NCBI GenBank assembly: GCA_963733035.1
Contig: CAVTBU010000006.1
Span: forward strand, 640,001-704,000
Reading direction: 5' to 3'
Source of the DNA: Pirellulales bacterium
Lineage (GTDB): Bacteria > Planctomycetota > Planctomycetia > Pirellulales > PALSA-1355
DNA length: 64,000 nt
The position numbers and the translations under genes were made by a program. Below the pieces are notes generated by a model. That model was not told the origin of the DNA and searched no databases. It saw only the letters and a list, made by a program, of their open reading frames with translations. This document shows, one piece after another, positions 33,234 through 45,501 of this stretch. Each line of letters opens with the position of its first letter. Position 1 is the stretch's first letter.

Positions 33234-34640
33234 ATGATGCGACTCAGTTGCTTGGCGTTGTTGGCACTTGCGGCGGCAAGGACCGTTCCGCTATTCGCCG
33301 CCGATGCCCAGCGGCCGCACATCATTTTCGTGATGGCCGATGATATGGGTTGGGGAGAGACCGGATATTACAACCACCCGCTACTGAAAACGCCAAATCT
33401 CGATGCGATGGCTGCCAATGGGCTGCGTTTTGAACGGTTCTATGCCGGCTGCCCGGTCTGTTCACCGACCCGCGCCACCGTGTTGACCGGGCGTGCCAAT
33501 GATCGCACCGGCGTGCTCAGTCACGGCTATGCCCTACGGTTGCAGGAAAAAACGATCGCCCAGGCGCTTCAGGACGCGGGGTACGTCACAGGTCATTTCG
33601 GCAAGTGGCACTTGAACGGCCTGAAAGGACCGGGCGTGCCGGTGTTGGCATCCGATCCACGCAACCCGAGCGTGTTTGGTTTTGATGAGTGGGTATCAGT
33701 GACGAACTTTTACGATCTGAACCCCGTTATGTCTCGTCAAGGTAAGGTCGAACAATTCCAAGGAGACTCGTCGGAGATCGCCGTCGCCGAGGCGATCAAA
33801 TTCATCGACCGCCATCGGCAACTAGACAAGCCGTTGTTTGCCGTCATTTGGTTTGGCACTCCGCACAGTCCGTTCCGTGCACTACCAGAGGACAAAGCGC
33901 AATTTGACCAGCTCGATAAAGCGTCGGCCAATCACTACGGTGAACTGGTGGCGATGGACCGCAGTATTGGCACGCTGCGAAAGCAACTGCGAGATTTTGA
34001 AATTGCCGACAACACGTTGCTCGTCTTCTGCAGCGACAATGGAGGCTTGCCGAAGATTAAGCCGGCGACGGTCGGCGGCCTGCGCGGCTACAAGGGGAGC
34101 GTATTCGAGGGTGGCTTGCGCGTACCCGCCATCATCGAGTGGCCAGCCGTCATTTCGTCGCCGCGCGTCACCCGCTATCCTGCCTGCACGATCGATCTGT
34201 TTCCCACCGTGGCCGACATTCTAACTCTGCCCGCCAACGTGATGATACACCCAGTGGACGGGAGCAGTTTGAAGCGTTTGTTCACCGAGGAGCTCGGCGA
34301 GCGGGACAAATCAATCCCGTTTCGCTACCAAGGCAAGGCGGCGCTTGTGGACAACCGCTACAAGATCCTCAGCGAAGACCTGAACAAAGGACGCTTCCAA
34401 CTCTTTGACCTCGACGCTGATCCGAGTGAGTCGCGAGACATATCTGCCCAGCATCCAGCCATTGCGGCTCGCCTGAAACAAGAACTGCTGGCATGGAGCA
34501 CAAGCGTCGACGAAAGTTTCGCGGGCAAAGACTACCCGGAAGGCCGCGTTGCGCCCCGGACCCCGAGCCGATTCAGTGGGCCGATCATCCGGACTACCGC
34601 CAGTTCAGATCCAACTGACGAACGGCGCGCGAACTTCTAG
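33234..34640 (+). CDS. Exported sulfatase (possible C-terminal frameshift near 34555)
   Basis: [27 protein letters not shown] and [12 protein letters not shown]; after DYPEGRVAP an alternative frame reads [14 protein letters not shown]. Confidence 0.9.
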   Translation: MMRLSCLALLALAAARTVPLFAADAQRPHIIFVMADDMGWGETGYYNHPLLKTPNLDAMAANGLRFERFYAGCPVCSPTRATVLTGRANDRTGVLSHGYALRLQEKTIAQALQDAGYVTGHFGKWHLNGLKGPGVPVLASDPRNPSVFGFDEWVSVTNFYDLNPVMSRQGKVEQFQGDSSEIAVAEAIKFIDRHRQLDKPLFAVIWFGTPHSPFRALPEDKAQFDQLDKASANHYGELVAMDRSIGTLRKQLRDFEIADNTLLVFCSDNGGLPKIKPATVGGLRGYKGSVFEGGLRVPAIIEWPAVISSPRVTRYPACTIDLFPTVADILTLPANVMIHPVDGSSLKRLFTEELGERDKSIPFRYQGKAALVDNRYKILSEDLNKGRFQLFDLDADPSESRDISAQHPAIAARLKQELLAWSTSVDESFAGKDYPEGRVAPRTPSRFSGPIIRTTASSDPTDERRANF

Positions 34641-34836
34641 GTAAGTCGCGATGTTTGGCTGCGTCGATTGAGTCCGCGTGAGCGCCGGTTGGGCGAGGAC
34701 TTGTTGCGAATTCCCGGCTGCAGAACAGGTCGTTTGCAGAGTGGACACGGGTCGTTCATAATTCGCTAACCTTAGTGGACTACGATGGTTTTTTTGGGCG
34801 ATATTTGGCGGCTTGTCATTTAGCGGAGAAGCGATC

Positions 34837-37398
34837 ATGCGACGGTGTCAGCTTGGACAATTTGCTGCAAGGCTCGTTTTGTTGGCGGCCTGCCTCGTCG
34901 CCTGGGCACCGATGGCCTGGGGTGCCGAGGTCCTACAATTGTCCGACGCCAATTGGGACCAGGCGGTACCCGAGGGCAAGGAGGTCGATGCCATCTATGG
35001 CGACTGGGTGCTCCGCAACGGCAAGATCGTCGCCGTGATCGCCGAAGCAATCGAAGGACGCAACGCGAATATGACCGTACGCAACGTGGGCGGGTCGGTC
35101 ATCGATCTAACCGAGCGTGCGGTTCCCAGCGACCAACTCAGTGCTTACTACCCGCTGGGCACTGGCTACAGGTTGAGCGGACCGATTGGCAATGGCAAAG
35201 ATGCGATACAAAATGACGACAATGCACGGCTGACTTTTCGTGGGCCGGCACTCGACGATCGGTCGAAAGGCGAGATTGTGTATGAGCTTGCAGACGACGC
35301 GCGATGGCTCAAAATTACCACGCGGATTACCAACACGAGTAAGGATCCCATTGCGCTAAAGCATGTCGACGCGATTCGCGCCGACGGCGAGTTCGAAACG
35401 GGCGCCGATGACGCCCTGGGGGTATTTTGGGTATACGACCCGTTTTGGCGCCAGGCTTATGCGGCGGTGTTTTCCAACGCCGACGTGCGAGTAGTTGGAA
35501 CCACAAACGGTCGGCGGAGTCCCGACTTGATGCTCGACGCCAAGGACGCGAAGCAGCTAACGCTCGCCCCGGGCGAAACACAGGAACTTGTCCGCTACCT
35601 GATTCCAGCGGCCAATAGCATTGATGTCCGGGCACTGGCCAGCGACGTGCGTGGCAAATCACTCGTTGACGTGAAGCTTGCGGTTCGCGATCCCGTCGGT
35701 CCAGTGGATGCGGCCCAGGTCACAGTGAAGTCCGGCGGCCAAGTCTACGGGCGTGGTGTCACCGGCGCCGACGGCCAATTTGCCGCACGGTTGCCCGTGG
35801 GGAAATACCAGGCGGTGGTTAGCGCCCTCGGACGTGGTGAAAAGTCGCTCGACTGGAACCTTGCCAATCCGCTTGACGCGGAGGTTGAGTTGGCAGCGCC
35901 GGGCTACGTGGCGGTCAAGGTGACGGGCAGGGACGGCAAGCCAATCGCCTGTAAAGTTCAGTTCGCCGGCCGCGAGGGAACGCCCACTCCCAACTTCGGA
36001 CCGGATAGCGCGATTCACGGAGTGCGTAACGTTTTCTACACCGAAAATGGTGCTTTTCGCACGGCATTAGCTCCCGGCGCGTACGACGTAGTCGTTAGTC
36101 ACGGGCCGGAATATGATGCTGTGTTTACGGTGGTCGAAGTCGCCGATGGCGATGAAACGCTGTTGGTGGCGGAGCTCAAGCGAACTGTTGACACGCGCGG
36201 CTGGCTGAGCGCCGACTTTCACAGCCATTCGACCCCTTCGGGCGACAATACGTCGAGCCAACGGGGGCGGGTGCTGAATCTGCTGAGCGAGCACATTGAA
36301 TTTGCCCCGTGCACCGAGCACAACCGTGTGACCGTTTACGATCCGCACCTGGAGCACTTTCAGGCCTTCGACCGGATGCTGACCTGCCCGGGCATGGAAC
36401 TCACCGGCCGGCCTCTGCCAATCAATCATCAGAATGCGTTTCCGCTGGTGCCCCACCCTCGCACGCAGGACGGCGGCGGTCCTCAGGCCGACGTCGATCC
36501 GGTCGTGCAGATCGAGCGGCTGGCCATGTGGGATAACAACTCGGAAAAGCTCGTGCAGATCAACCATCCGAACATTCCACAGATGGTTGGTGACCGCGAC
36601 ACGAACGGTTCGCCCGATGGCGGCTTCGAGAAGATGTTCAGTTTCATGGACGTCATCGAAGTGCATCCACTCGATAACATCTTCAAAAACCCCGAAACGC
36701 TTCCCAACGAACGAGAGCAGGGCAACGCGATCTTCCACTGGCTGCAACTGATGAACCTGGGCTACCGCATGCCGGCCGTTGTGAATACTGACGCCCATTG
36801 GAACTTCCATGGCTCGGGCTGGCTGCGCAACTACATCAAGTCGCCCGTGGAGGATCCGACCAAAGCGTCCGTGGCCGAACTGGTTCACACCTGCGAGCAC
36901 GGCAATATCATGATGACCAACGGTCCGTTCTTGGAAGTGACGGCCGCGGCCGAACGTGATGGCGACACTGCCGATGTAGGCGATGATTTGGTAGCTCCGG
37001 GCGGCAAACTGGCGCTGAAGGTTCGGGTGCAATGCCCAAACTGGTTGAAAGTGAACCGCGTACAGGTGTTCATCAACGGCCAGCCCGCCGAGAATGTAAA
37101 CTTCACGGAACGCACGCATCCGCAAATGTTCCACCAGGACACGGTGGTCTTCGATCAGACCATTCCGATCGCGGTTGATCGTGATGCACACCTGGTTGTG
37201 GCCTGCGCCGGTGAAGGCAAAGAGTTGGGGCCGGTAATGGGACCCGACCATGGCAAAGACATGCCGTGTGCCGTGGGCAATCCGATCTTCGTGGACGTCG
37301 ACGGTGGCGGCTTCGAACCTAACGGCGACATGCTGGGATTGCCACTGGTCATGGAGCCGGGGGCGAAACCGTCGAAAGGACACCGGCACCCGCATTGA
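34837..37398 (+). CDS. Exported CehA/McbA-family (PHP-like) metallohydrolase with N-terminal beta-sandwich domains
   Basis: Signal peptide; metal motifs DFHSHS, TEHN, GMELT, HQNAFP, INHP and NTDAH. Confidence 0.82.
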   Translation: MRRCQLGQFAARLVLLAACLVAWAPMAWGAEVLQLSDANWDQAVPEGKEVDAIYGDWVLRNGKIVAVIAEAIEGRNANMTVRNVGGSVIDLTERAVPSDQLSAYYPLGTGYRLSGPIGNGKDAIQNDDNARLTFRGPALDDRSKGEIVYELADDARWLKITTRITNTSKDPIALKHVDAIRADGEFETGADDALGVFWVYDPFWRQAYAAVFSNADVRVVGTTNGRRSPDLMLDAKDAKQLTLAPGETQELVRYLIPAANSIDVRALASDVRGKSLVDVKLAVRDPVGPVDAAQVTVKSGGQVYGRGVTGADGQFAARLPVGKYQAVVSALGRGEKSLDWNLANPLDAEVELAAPGYVAVKVTGRDGKPIACKVQFAGREGTPTPNFGPDSAIHGVRNVFYTENGAFRTALAPGAYDVVVSHGPEYDAVFTVVEVADGDETLLVAELKRTVDTRGWLSADFHSHSTPSGDNTSSQRGRVLNLLSEHIEFAPCTEHNRVTVYDPHLEHFQAFDRMLTCPGMELTGRPLPINHQNAFPLVPHPRTQDGGGPQADVDPVVQIERLAMWDNNSEKLVQINHPNIPQMVGDRDTNGSPDGGFEKMFSFMDVIEVHPLDNIFKNPETLPNEREQGNAIFHWLQLMNLGYRMPAVVNTDAHWNFHGSGWLRNYIKSPVEDPTKASVAELVHTCEHGNIMMTNGPFLEVTAAAERDGDTADVGDDLVAPGGKLALKVRVQCPNWLKVNRVQVFINGQPAENVNFTERTHPQMFHQDTVVFDQTIPIAVDRDAHLVVACAGEGKELGPVMGPDHGKDMPCAVGNPIFVDVDGGGFEPNGDMLGLPLVMEPGAKPSKGHRHPH

Positions 37399-37609
37399 TG
37401 TCCTAGCCGGTCCTGAGGTGGCTTCACAAGCCAAGTGCGAGTTGCCTTCCCAACCAGCACAACCGGTAACGACGGCCCGCGAAAAGGCTACCGGATTGTG
37501 GCTCAATTGACGCTACTCGTTTCGGCTCCTACGGTTGCTTGCGCCCGCACCTCTTGATTGCAGGTGGTCGTTGAGGCGCTTGCACAGTCTCCGTGGGAGG
37601 TAAGCAACA

Positions 37610-39384
37610 ATGGATAGCGCCCTTTGGTTTCGGTCTGCGGCCATAGCGACCGTGGTCGCCGTTCTGGCTTGGCTGCCTACGGAGAAATGCGAGGCCGGCG
37701 CCGGTGCGGTGGCCGATGCAAGAGGCGACGCCAGCAACCGTCGCCCCTACAACATCATCTTTGTCATTTGTGACCAGGAGGCATATCATCTCAGCGCATC
37801 GGGCGACTATCGCCTACCAGCGCGCAGGGCACTCATGCGCCGGGGCACGACGTTTTGCAATCACTACATTGCCTCGGCCATGTGCACCGCATCGCGGGCG
37901 GCATTCTTGACCGGCCAGCCGCCACAAGTCACGGGCGTCTTCGACCAGATGGAATACGGCTATGTGCCGAACCTAAGCCCGAGCTTTCCCAATGTGGGCT
38001 CGGTGCTTAAAGGTCTTGGCTACAGAACGGCCTACTTCGGCAAGTTTGAGATGAACGCCCAGATTCTGGCGGACAAGCACTCGGTCAACTATAGCGACGC
38101 CCTGAAGCCCTACGGGTTTGACGAGTTTAGCGCCGACGGTGACGTACGGAGCGGACCATATGATGGTTACACGAAGGACTTCTTCACGGCGGCAGAGGGC
38201 GTTCGCTGGCTGCGCACACAAGAGGCGTGGCAGCGTGAGGAGGGGGGGCCACCATTCTTCATGGTGCTCAGCTTTCTCAATCCGCACGACATTATGTACG
38301 CGGATGCCAATTTGGCGAATCAACCAGCCGTGCAAAAAGGCGCAGTGCCGCGCGTGCTTACTCCTCCGCCGGCCAATTCCATTTATCGGGAGCACTGGAG
38401 CTTCGCGCTCCCTCAGAGTCTCGAGCAATCGCTAGGCGCGCCGGAATGCCGGCGGCACTTCGTGAGTATCACGAGGGCTGGTCCAGTGCCCTCGGCTTGA
38501 TACCTGCAAATCGACCTGACATGTGGACCGTTTTCTACGATTACTATCTCAACTGCATTCGCGACAACGACCGTGCGATACAGCTGCTCGTCGATGCCAT
38601 GGATGAGATGCAATTGTGGCAGAATACGGTCGTCGTGTTCAGCGCTGATCATGGTGAGATGGCTGGTGCGCACGGAGGACTCAAAGGCAAAGGCCCGTTT
38701 TGCTACGAGGCCAATTCGCACGTTCCCTTGGTGATCGTACATCCGCAAGGTAAGCCCGGAAGCAAATGCTCCGCTGTGACCAGTCATCTCGACTTGCTCC
38801 CGACGTTCTATGGGCTTACCGGTTTGCCTACTAGCCAATGTCCGGCGGAAGTTGCTGCTCTGCCGGGTCACGATTTTTCGATCTTGCTTGATGACCCGGA
38901 GAATGCCAGCCCGCACGCCATCCGTCGGGCAGCACTCTTCAACTACGTGGGGCTCGCCACGGTCGACGGCCACTACCTGTTTCGCGCTCTGTCTCAATCG
39001 TTCACGAAACGCCCCGTGCCGCCTTTGGTGGAAATCGACCTCGGCAAACGCGGCTTTGTTTCGTTTGCGTTCGATGGCCGCTACAAGTTCGGCCGCTACT
39101 ACGCCCCCAGCGAGTTCAACACGCCACGGACCATCGACGAGATATTCGCACACAATGACGTGCAACTGTTCGATCTGAAAAACGATCCGGACGAGATGCA
39201 CAATCTCGCACTCGAGCCGGAGCGAAACAAGGAGGTCATCCTGCGGATGAACGCGGTGCTCAACGAGCTTATCGCCGCGGAAGTCGGCGAAAATGACGGC
39301 AGTTTTCTACCTGAAAGCGTGCGACCCACGCGGCCCGAGCTGACATTCGATCGTCCCCAGAGCCGCCGTGACACCTTCGAGTGA
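37610..39384 (+). CDS. Exported sulfatase (apparent frameshift near 38444)
   Basis: YNIIFVICDQE, CTASR and NPHDIM in frame 1; MPAALREY...SADHGEM...GKGP in frame 2; junction GCG CCG GA ATG lacks one G. Confidence 0.87.
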
Positions 39385-39565
39385 ATCCGCCCGACGAAGA
39401 ATGGTTGGCGATCTCTTTTGCTGGTCACGACACTATTCACCCCGCCAACGCCGGTCGCCCGAGTCGTTTCCTTGAACATCCTCACCTGGTGGGGCTGATC
39501 CGCTAGAATGACGGGCCGTAGCTCGACGGAAAACCTTCAGACTCGTGCGACGCAAGGAAGGCGAA

Positions 39566-42328
39566 GTGACCAACTGGCACAAGCAAACAGTAGCTCAATC
39601 GCTTGAGCAGTTGAATTCCGACGAGAAACGGGGCTTGAGCGAGAATCAGGTTGAATCTCTGCGTGCTCGGTATGGTCCAAACGAACTCATCGAGACAGGT
39701 GGCCGTGGGGCATGGCGCATTCTTTGGGAGCAAGCCAGCGGTGCCCTGGTCTTGCTGCTGTTCGTGGCAGCCGGGGTCTCGTTCTACCTCGAGGAGTACA
39801 CCGATGCGGGGGTGATTCTCGCCATCGTATTGCTGAACGCAACCCTGGGCTTCGTTCAAGACTATCGCGCCGAAGAGGCGCTGGCCGCCTTGAAGAAGTT
39901 TGCTGTTCCGTTGGTGCGCATGCGCAGAGACAACATCGTGCGTGAGATTTCCGCTCGCGAACTGGTGCCCGGCGATATCGTTTTGCTGGAGTTGGGTAAC
40001 AACGTGCCGGCCGACTGCCGGTTGTTGGAAAGCGTTAATCTTAAGACGCAGGAGGCGGCACTTACCGGCGAGTCCGAATCGGTCGACAAGCAAGCCGAGC
40101 CAGTTGCAGGCGACGATTTACCGCTCGGCGACCGCACCAACATGGCCTACATGGGCACCGTGGTGACATACGGTCACGGTCACGGCGTCGTCACGGCCAC
40201 CGGTATGGACACAGAGTTGGGGCAGATAGCCCGCTCGATGCAGACCATCGAAGCCGAGCCGACGCCGTTGCAGAGGCGGCTCGGTCAATTAGGGCGAACA
40301 CTGGCCCTCGTGGCAATTGCCATCGTGGCGATCGTATTTGTCATGGGGTTGCTGCGGGGAGAAGAACCCCGTTTCATGCTACTAACTGCTCTGAGTATGG
40401 CGGTGGCCATTGTGCCCGAGGGACTGCCCGCCGTGGCGACCGTGACCTTGGCCATCGGCGCCCGCCGGATGTTCAGGCGAAACGCACTCATCCGCAAACT
40501 GCCCGCCGTGGAGACATTGGGTTCGGTAACCGTGATTTGCTCGGACAAGACGGGGACGCTCACCGAGAATCGAATGACGGTGACGGTGCTCGACGTGGCT
40601 GGGCAGCGACTCGATCTGTTGGAGTCGCTCGAGAGAGGAGAGCTTGCCGCCCAGGCCGACGGTCGGAATGGCGTCGACGCTCCCAAGCCGCAAGCGGCCG
40701 AGAATTCATCCTTGAGCTTGCTGCTCACGGCCGCAGCCCTGTGCAACGATGCAGAACTTGAGTTCGATTCGGAGCGGCAGGAATTTCATTCACTAGGCGA
40801 CCCGACCGAAGCGGCATTGGTCGTCGCGGCTGCGCGGTTCGGACTGCCAAAGAATCGTCTGCTGGCCATCTGCCCGCGCGTGGCGGAAGTTCCGTTCGAC
40901 TCTGACCGCAAGCGGATGACGACGGTGCACAGCCTGGATGAATCCGCCGACCGAGTTTCCGACGAACCCCTGCACTCGGTTGTCACGATGATTCGCGACT
41001 TGGAAGGTGCGTACGTGGCCTTTACGAAGGGCGCGGTCGACTGCATCCTCGACGCGTGTGACCGGGTGTGGGATGGCGGCGACGTCAAACCGCTTGACGA
41101 TAACTGGCGGCAACGCATTGCAAGTGCCAACGAAGCGCTAGCCGCTAGCGGAATGCGCGTGCTGGGTGCCGCGTTTCGGGCCCTCGCGGAATCTCCAACC
41201 GACAACGTCGAATCGGTTGAGCAGGACCTGGTGTTCATTGGCATCCTGGGCCTGCTCGACCCGCCCCGGCCCGAGGTGGCCGAGGCCGTTGCACGCTGCC
41301 GCTCGGCCGGCATTCGCCCGATGATGATCACCGGAGATCACCCGCTGACCGCTGGCCATATTGCCGCGCAGCTGCGGATCGACGACGGCGGGCGTGTTGT
41401 CACGGGACAGCAGTTGGAACAAATCTCACCGGAACAGCTCAATGAGATTGTCGAACAGACGGCGGTTTATGCCCGCGTGGCCCCAAAGCACAAGTTGCGC
41501 ATCGTGCGAGCCCTGCAAGGCAATGGCCAGGTGGTTGCGATGACCGGCGACGGAGTTAACGATGCCCCGGCGCTGCGGCAGGCGCACATCGGCATTGCGA
41601 TGGGCATTACCGGCACCGACGTTTCCAAGGAAGCCTCGCAGATGGTGCTGCTCGACGACAACTTCGCCACGATCGTCAATGCGGTTGAGGAAGGCCGTAT
41701 CGTCTACGACAACATCCGCAAGTTCGTAAAGTACACCATGACCAGCAATGCTGGCGAAGTTTGGGTGATGGTGCTCGGACCGCTGGTGGGCATGCCGCTC
41801 CCGCTCTTGCCGCTGCAGATTCTATGGATCAATCTGGTGACCGACGGCTTGCCCGGTTTGGCCCTGGCCGTGGAACAGGCCGAGAGCGATACAATGCGGC
41901 GGCCACCCTATCCGCCCAACGAACACGTATTTGGTCGCGGCATGATGCGCGATATCGCTTGGATCGGCCTGTTGATGGGCCTGGTGTCGCTGGCGATGGG
42001 CTATTGGTATTGGGCTTTTGAGTCCGCAACCAACGTGCAATGGCGAACGATCGTGTTCACCGTGCTGACGCTGTCTCAAATGGGCAACGTGATGGCAGTG
42101 CGTTCCAACCGCGATTCGTTGTTCCGGATCGGCGTCTTCTCGAACCGGCCACTCCTCGGCGCGGTGCTCTTGACGTTTGGATTGCAATTAGCCGTGGTCT
42201 ATTGGCCCCCGTTGCAAAACGTGTTTCAGACGGCGCCCCTGTCCGCAATGGACCTGCTGTTGTGCATTGCCCTGAGTAGCGTCGTTTTCTGGGCCGTCGA
42301 GGCGCAAAAGCTGCTCAAGCGCCGCTAG
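39566..42328 (+). CDS. Cation-translocating P-type ATPase (P2A, Ca2+-type)
   Basis: TGES, PEGLP, DKTGTLT, KGA, TGDH and TGDGVND motifs; [11 protein letters not shown] start at 39566 with AAGGAAGG SD. Confidence 0.93.
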   Translation: MTNWHKQTVAQSLEQLNSDEKRGLSENQVESLRARYGPNELIETGGRGAWRILWEQASGALVLLLFVAAGVSFYLEEYTDAGVILAIVLLNATLGFVQDYRAEEALAALKKFAVPLVRMRRDNIVREISARELVPGDIVLLELGNNVPADCRLLESVNLKTQEAALTGESESVDKQAEPVAGDDLPLGDRTNMAYMGTVVTYGHGHGVVTATGMDTELGQIARSMQTIEAEPTPLQRRLGQLGRTLALVAIAIVAIVFVMGLLRGEEPRFMLLTALSMAVAIVPEGLPAVATVTLAIGARRMFRRNALIRKLPAVETLGSVTVICSDKTGTLTENRMTVTVLDVAGQRLDLLESLERGELAAQADGRNGVDAPKPQAAENSSLSLLLTAAALCNDAELEFDSERQEFHSLGDPTEAALVVAAARFGLPKNRLLAICPRVAEVPFDSDRKRMTTVHSLDESADRVSDEPLHSVVTMIRDLEGAYVAFTKGAVDCILDACDRVWDGGDVKPLDDNWRQRIASANEALAASGMRVLGAAFRALAESPTDNVESVEQDLVFIGILGLLDPPRPEVAEAVARCRSAGIRPMMITGDHPLTAGHIAAQLRIDDGGRVVTGQQLEQISPEQLNEIVEQTAVYARVAPKHKLRIVRALQGNGQVVAMTGDGVNDAPALRQAHIGIAMGITGTDVSKEASQMVLLDDNFATIVNAVEEGRIVYDNIRKFVKYTMTSNAGEVWVMVLGPLVGMPLPLLPLQILWINLVTDGLPGLALAVEQAESDTMRRPPYPPNEHVFGRGMMRDIAWIGLLMGLVSLAMGYWYWAFESATNVQWRTIVFTVLTLSQMGNVMAVRSNRDSLFRIGVFSNRPLLGAVLLTFGLQLAVVYWPPLQNVFQTAPLSAMDLLLCIALSSVVFWAVEAQKLLKRR

Positions 42329-42468
42329 CTGCGACAGGCTTTCGACACGAAAGCCAGGGCTCTTGACGGCGGTGGAAAAGGAGCACGGCTCGGCGGGCCT
42401 GGGCCTGATGTTGCTCCCACGGTTGCGAGTCGGCACGGAGAACGTTCCCGAATCCTAGTGACTTCAGA

Positions 42469-42780
42469 CTAACCGCCCGCGAGCGCTCCGATCACCAAGT
42501 AGGGTTCCGCTCCCGATGCGACCGCATCAGGCAGCGGAGAATCGGGCGATTCATTCGATAGATCCTCCTCGCAAGCGAAGAACCTAAGGAATGCCCGCCG
42601 CTGTTGCGTGACATGATCGCGAATGGTGCCGCGCAGCATTGGATACCGCGCTTCAAGCGCATCGAGAACCGTTCGCTGCGTCACGGGACCGTCGAGGGAG
42701 ATCTCCACCTCTGGCCCAACCTTCGCCAGCATCCGTAGATGCAACGGCAGCATCACGCGTATTGCGGCTGCACCGGTCAT
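42469..42780 (-). CDS. MoaD/ThiS-family ubiquitin-like (beta-grasp) protein
   Basis: [13 protein letters not shown]...[12 protein letters not shown]...IGALAGG* with a free C-terminal Gly-Gly; ATG overlaps the upstream TGA. Confidence 0.88.
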   Translation of the reverse strand: MTGAAAIRVMLPLHLRMLAKVGPEVEISLDGPVTQRTVLDALEARYPMLRGTIRDHVTQQRRAFLRFFACEEDLSNESPDSPLPDAVASGAEPYLVIGALAGG

Positions 42781-43895
42781 GACAACGCTTGCACCTCGAC
42801 GCTTAGTACGGGTGGCAGGTCGCGGACGATCGGAGCCCAGTGATCGCCGGAATCGGCAGAACAGTACACTTGTCCGCCGGTCGTGCCGAAATAAATGCCA
42901 CAAGGATCCAGCGAGTCGACGGCCATCGAGTTTCGCAGTACGTTCACGTAACAGTCACTCTGCGGCAACCCGTCAGTGAGCGCCTCCCACTCGTTGCCTC
43001 CGCTACGGCTGCGATAGACGCGCAGCTTACCATCGGGCGGATAGTGCTCTGAGTCACTCTTGATAGGCACGACGTAAATGGTTTCCGGCTCGTGCGCGTG
43101 GACGTCGATCGGAAAACCGAAATCGCTAGGCAAGTTGCCGCTCACTTCGTGCCACTCGTCTCCAGCATTGTCGCTCCGCATCACGTCCCAGTGTTTCTGC
43201 ATGAATAGCACGTCTGGCCGCGCGGGATGCATGGCGATGCGATGCACGCAATGGCCAACCGCCGCGTCCGGGTCGGGCAACACGTAAGGCGACTTCAGGC
43301 CTTGGTTGATCGGCTGCCACGAACTGCCGCCGTCGTCGGAGCGAAAAGCGCCGGCTGCCGAAATCGCAATGTAAAGTCGCTGTGGATTGCTTGGGTCAAT
43401 CAAAATTGTATGCAGGCACATGCCCCCAGCCCCCGGCTGCCAGAACTTACCCGAGCCATGCTCGCGCAGGCCCGGAAGTTCGTGCCACGAGCGACCGCCG
43501 TCGGTGGTGCGAAACAGCGCCGCGTCCTCCACACCGGCGTAGACGGCATCCGGGTCGGTTCGCGAAGGCTCCAAATGCCAAACGCGCTTGAACTCCCAGG
43601 GGTGTGGCGTGCCATCGTACCACAAATGCGTGCCGGGCGTGCCCTCGTACGCGAACTTGTTGTCGACCGGCTCCCAGGTCTGCCCTCCGTCGTCCGATCG
43701 CTGGATCAATTGGCCAAACCAACCACTCGACTGCGAGGCGTAGAGCCGATCGGGATTGGCGGGGGAGCCCTTGACGTGATAGATCTCCCAGCCGCCAAAG
43801 TGTGGCCCGACGACTTCCCAAGCCTGGCGTTTGCCGTCGGACGTCAGGATGAATGCGCCTTCGCGCGTGCCAACAAGTACGCGTACACCGCTCAT
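42777..43895 (-). CDS. Cytoplasmic BNR/Asp-box beta-propeller protein (sialidase-like fold)
   Basis: Repeated SxDGGxxW boxes ([48 protein letters not shown]); no signal peptide. Confidence 0.88.
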   Translation of the reverse strand: MSGVRVLVGTREGAFILTSDGKRQAWEVVGPHFGGWEIYHVKGSPANPDRLYASQSSGWFGQLIQRSDDGGQTWEPVDNKFAYEGTPGTHLWYDGTPHPWEFKRVWHLEPSRTDPDAVYAGVEDAALFRTTDGGRSWHELPGLREHGSGKFWQPGAGGMCLHTILIDPSNPQRLYIAISAAGAFRSDDGGSSWQPINQGLKSPYVLPDPDAAVGHCVHRIAMHPARPDVLFMQKHWDVMRSDNAGDEWHEVSGNLPSDFGFPIDVHAHEPETIYVVPIKSDSEHYPPDGKLRVYRSRSGGNEWEALTDGLPQSDCYVNVLRNSMAVDSLDPCGIYFGTTGGQVYCSADSGDHWAPIVRDLPPVLSVEVQALS

Positions 43896-43940
43896 TCCGA
43901 GCTCCTCGCAATTGGACGTGATGCAAAGTATTCGATCATG

Positions 43941-44345
43941 CTACGCACGCAGAGGCAACAAAGCTCTCAGCCGGGGATCACGCAGAAACAAACCCAACCA
44001 AACCAATACGCCGAAGAAAACTGGAGCGGCGACCGAAATAGCCGGGTCTTCGACGCGAACGTGCGTTGCCGTTGCGCCGCCCAAATAGCCGGTCAGCAGA
44101 ACCGCCCCCAGCACCGCGGTTTGGGGGAAGACATAAACCAACGTGCAAACAAGTTCGACAACCCCGATCGCAATCGTGAGTTTTGGATCATAGCCCAATT
44201 TCGTGAAGGTCTCGACGACGGCGTCTGGCTTTGCCAGTTTCATTGCCCCACTTGTCAGCAGCATCAGGACGGCCAGCGTGCTCATGATCCGTCCAGCCCA
44301 CACCATTTTTGCGGATACCGCTTTCGTAGGTGCGTCGGTGTGCAT
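43941..44345 (-). CDS. DoxX family membrane protein
   Basis: SGAMKL...IGVVELVC...LGAVLLTGYLGGATATH; four TM segments. Confidence 0.9.
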   Translation of the reverse strand: MHTDAPTKAVSAKMVWAGRIMSTLAVLMLLTSGAMKLAKPDAVVETFTKLGYDPKLTIAIGVVELVCTLVYVFPQTAVLGAVLLTGYLGGATATHVRVEDPAISVAAPVFFGVLVWLGLFLRDPRLRALLPLRA

Positions 44346-44359
44346 GCGAAGGCCTTTCG

Positions 44360-44908
44360 CTATTCACGGGTTGGAGCTTCAAGTACCGATTTCATATTCG
44401 CCAACCCCTCTTCAAATTGGCCGCCGACCATCTTATCCATGTTCAAGGCCAAATGAATAGCTTTGCTCATGAAATTGTTGGTGCCATACATCGTCCACGT
44501 GACGTCGGTCCGATCTCCATTTGGCCTGAAGCGGAACTCCGCGGTGTTCGTGGCGGCAAAGGGTTTGAGGAATTCGAGCTTGATTTTGACCAGCTCATGT
44601 GGGCGGCTTTCCACGATCGTCATCTTGCCCTCGCCGACCTGGTTGCTACCGATCCATTGGAAGATGGCGCCTTCGCCCGAGTCCGGACCGTTGTAGGTAT
44701 TTTGGGCCTGAGGGTCGAGCTTTGCCCATGGTGACCACTGCTGCCAATTGTGAAGGTTGTTTACCTGGGCGAAGACCGCCTCTGCAGGTCCGGGCATCGT
44801 GGCGGATCGCGTCACGCGAAATTCCGATGGCTGCATGGCCACAATACCAGCGAACACCACGACCACTACGAACAAGATTGCCAATACAATGAAAAGGACT
44901 GTAACCAT
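44360..44908 (-). CDS. SRPBCC (polyketide cyclase/START-like) protein with an N-terminal membrane anchor
   Basis: FRVTRS...WQQWSPW...FEEGLANMK; alternative start at 44956. Confidence 0.85.
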   Translation of the reverse strand: MVTVLFIVLAILFVVVVVFAGIVAMQPSEFRVTRSATMPGPAEAVFAQVNNLHNWQQWSPWAKLDPQAQNTYNGPDSGEGAIFQWIGSNQVGEGKMTIVESRPHELVKIKLEFLKPFAATNTAEFRFRPNGDRTDVTWTMYGTNNFMSKAIHLALNMDKMVGGQFEEGLANMKSVLEAPTRE

Positions 44909-45028
44909 CGGATGTCTCTTGCGCCTTGCACCGTGCTGGGAGGGCTCACTGTCCATGGTGTGTCTCGCTGACTAGAAAGCAAAGCTCGATCGGTAATTTA
45001 CCTACTGATTTTATCGACCGCTTCCGAT

Positions 45029-45499
45029 TTACGACCCATTGAGGTCGCTTACTCGACGCTCCGCGACCTTTCGAACAGTCGATAGCTCGTGCGCCCAGCC
45101 ACCCGGCATGCCGTCGCGGTGTTCGGCAATTATCTGACCGATCGCGCGATGCTGGAGCGTCAACCGTGTTTTGTCGCCCTCGGGCGATAGACGATATTGT
45201 ACGTGGTTGACCGCCGGATACGACATGCACAGTGGTCCGCAGATCTCCAGCAGTAACGGCGGTTTGAACACCTGTACGTGTCCCCAGAAATGGCCCGCAT
45301 TGTCGCCCAAATCGCGATACCAGCGGCCTCCGGGCCAGGGTTCAATTCTCATTGGCAAGGGGGAATCCGGTCCGGTGGCGTTGTGAGGGCCGAGTTGTTC
45401 CAGGATTGCCTCGAAGACAATGTCTGGCGGGGCGGCGATCAGCTCCTCTTTGCAAATCTCCAGCGTGTGTACCGTTGTTTCGATGGTGCCCGCGGCCAT
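45029..45499 (-). CDS. SRPBCC (AHSA1-like) protein
   Basis: IAAPPDIVFEA, EPWPGGRW, TRLTLQH and GW motifs. Confidence 0.85.
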   Translation of the reverse strand: MAAGTIETTVHTLEICKEELIAAPPDIVFEAILEQLGPHNATGPDSPLPMRIEPWPGGRWYRDLGDNAGHFWGHVQVFKPPLLLEICGPLCMSYPAVNHVQYRLSPEGDKTRLTLQHRAIGQIIAEHRDGMPGGWAHELSTVRKVAERRVSDLNGS

Positions 45500-45501
45500 G
45501 T

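Noticed and set aside
36067..37506. 479-aa minus-strand ORF
   Set aside because: Antisense shadow of the metallohydrolase gene, typical of GC-rich DNA
39385..39565. yybP-ykoY (Mn) riboswitch before the P-type ATPase
   Set aside because: Conserved GGGGAGUA-type core not found by eye; an Rfam/Infernal scan would be decisive
42777..43895. Calling the beta-propeller a true sialidase
   Set aside because: Asp-boxes only indicate the fold; no signal peptide, no RIP motif and no carbohydrate-utilisation context
43227..44456. 409-aa plus-strand ORF
   Set aside because: Antisense to the beta-propeller and doxX genes; no motifs
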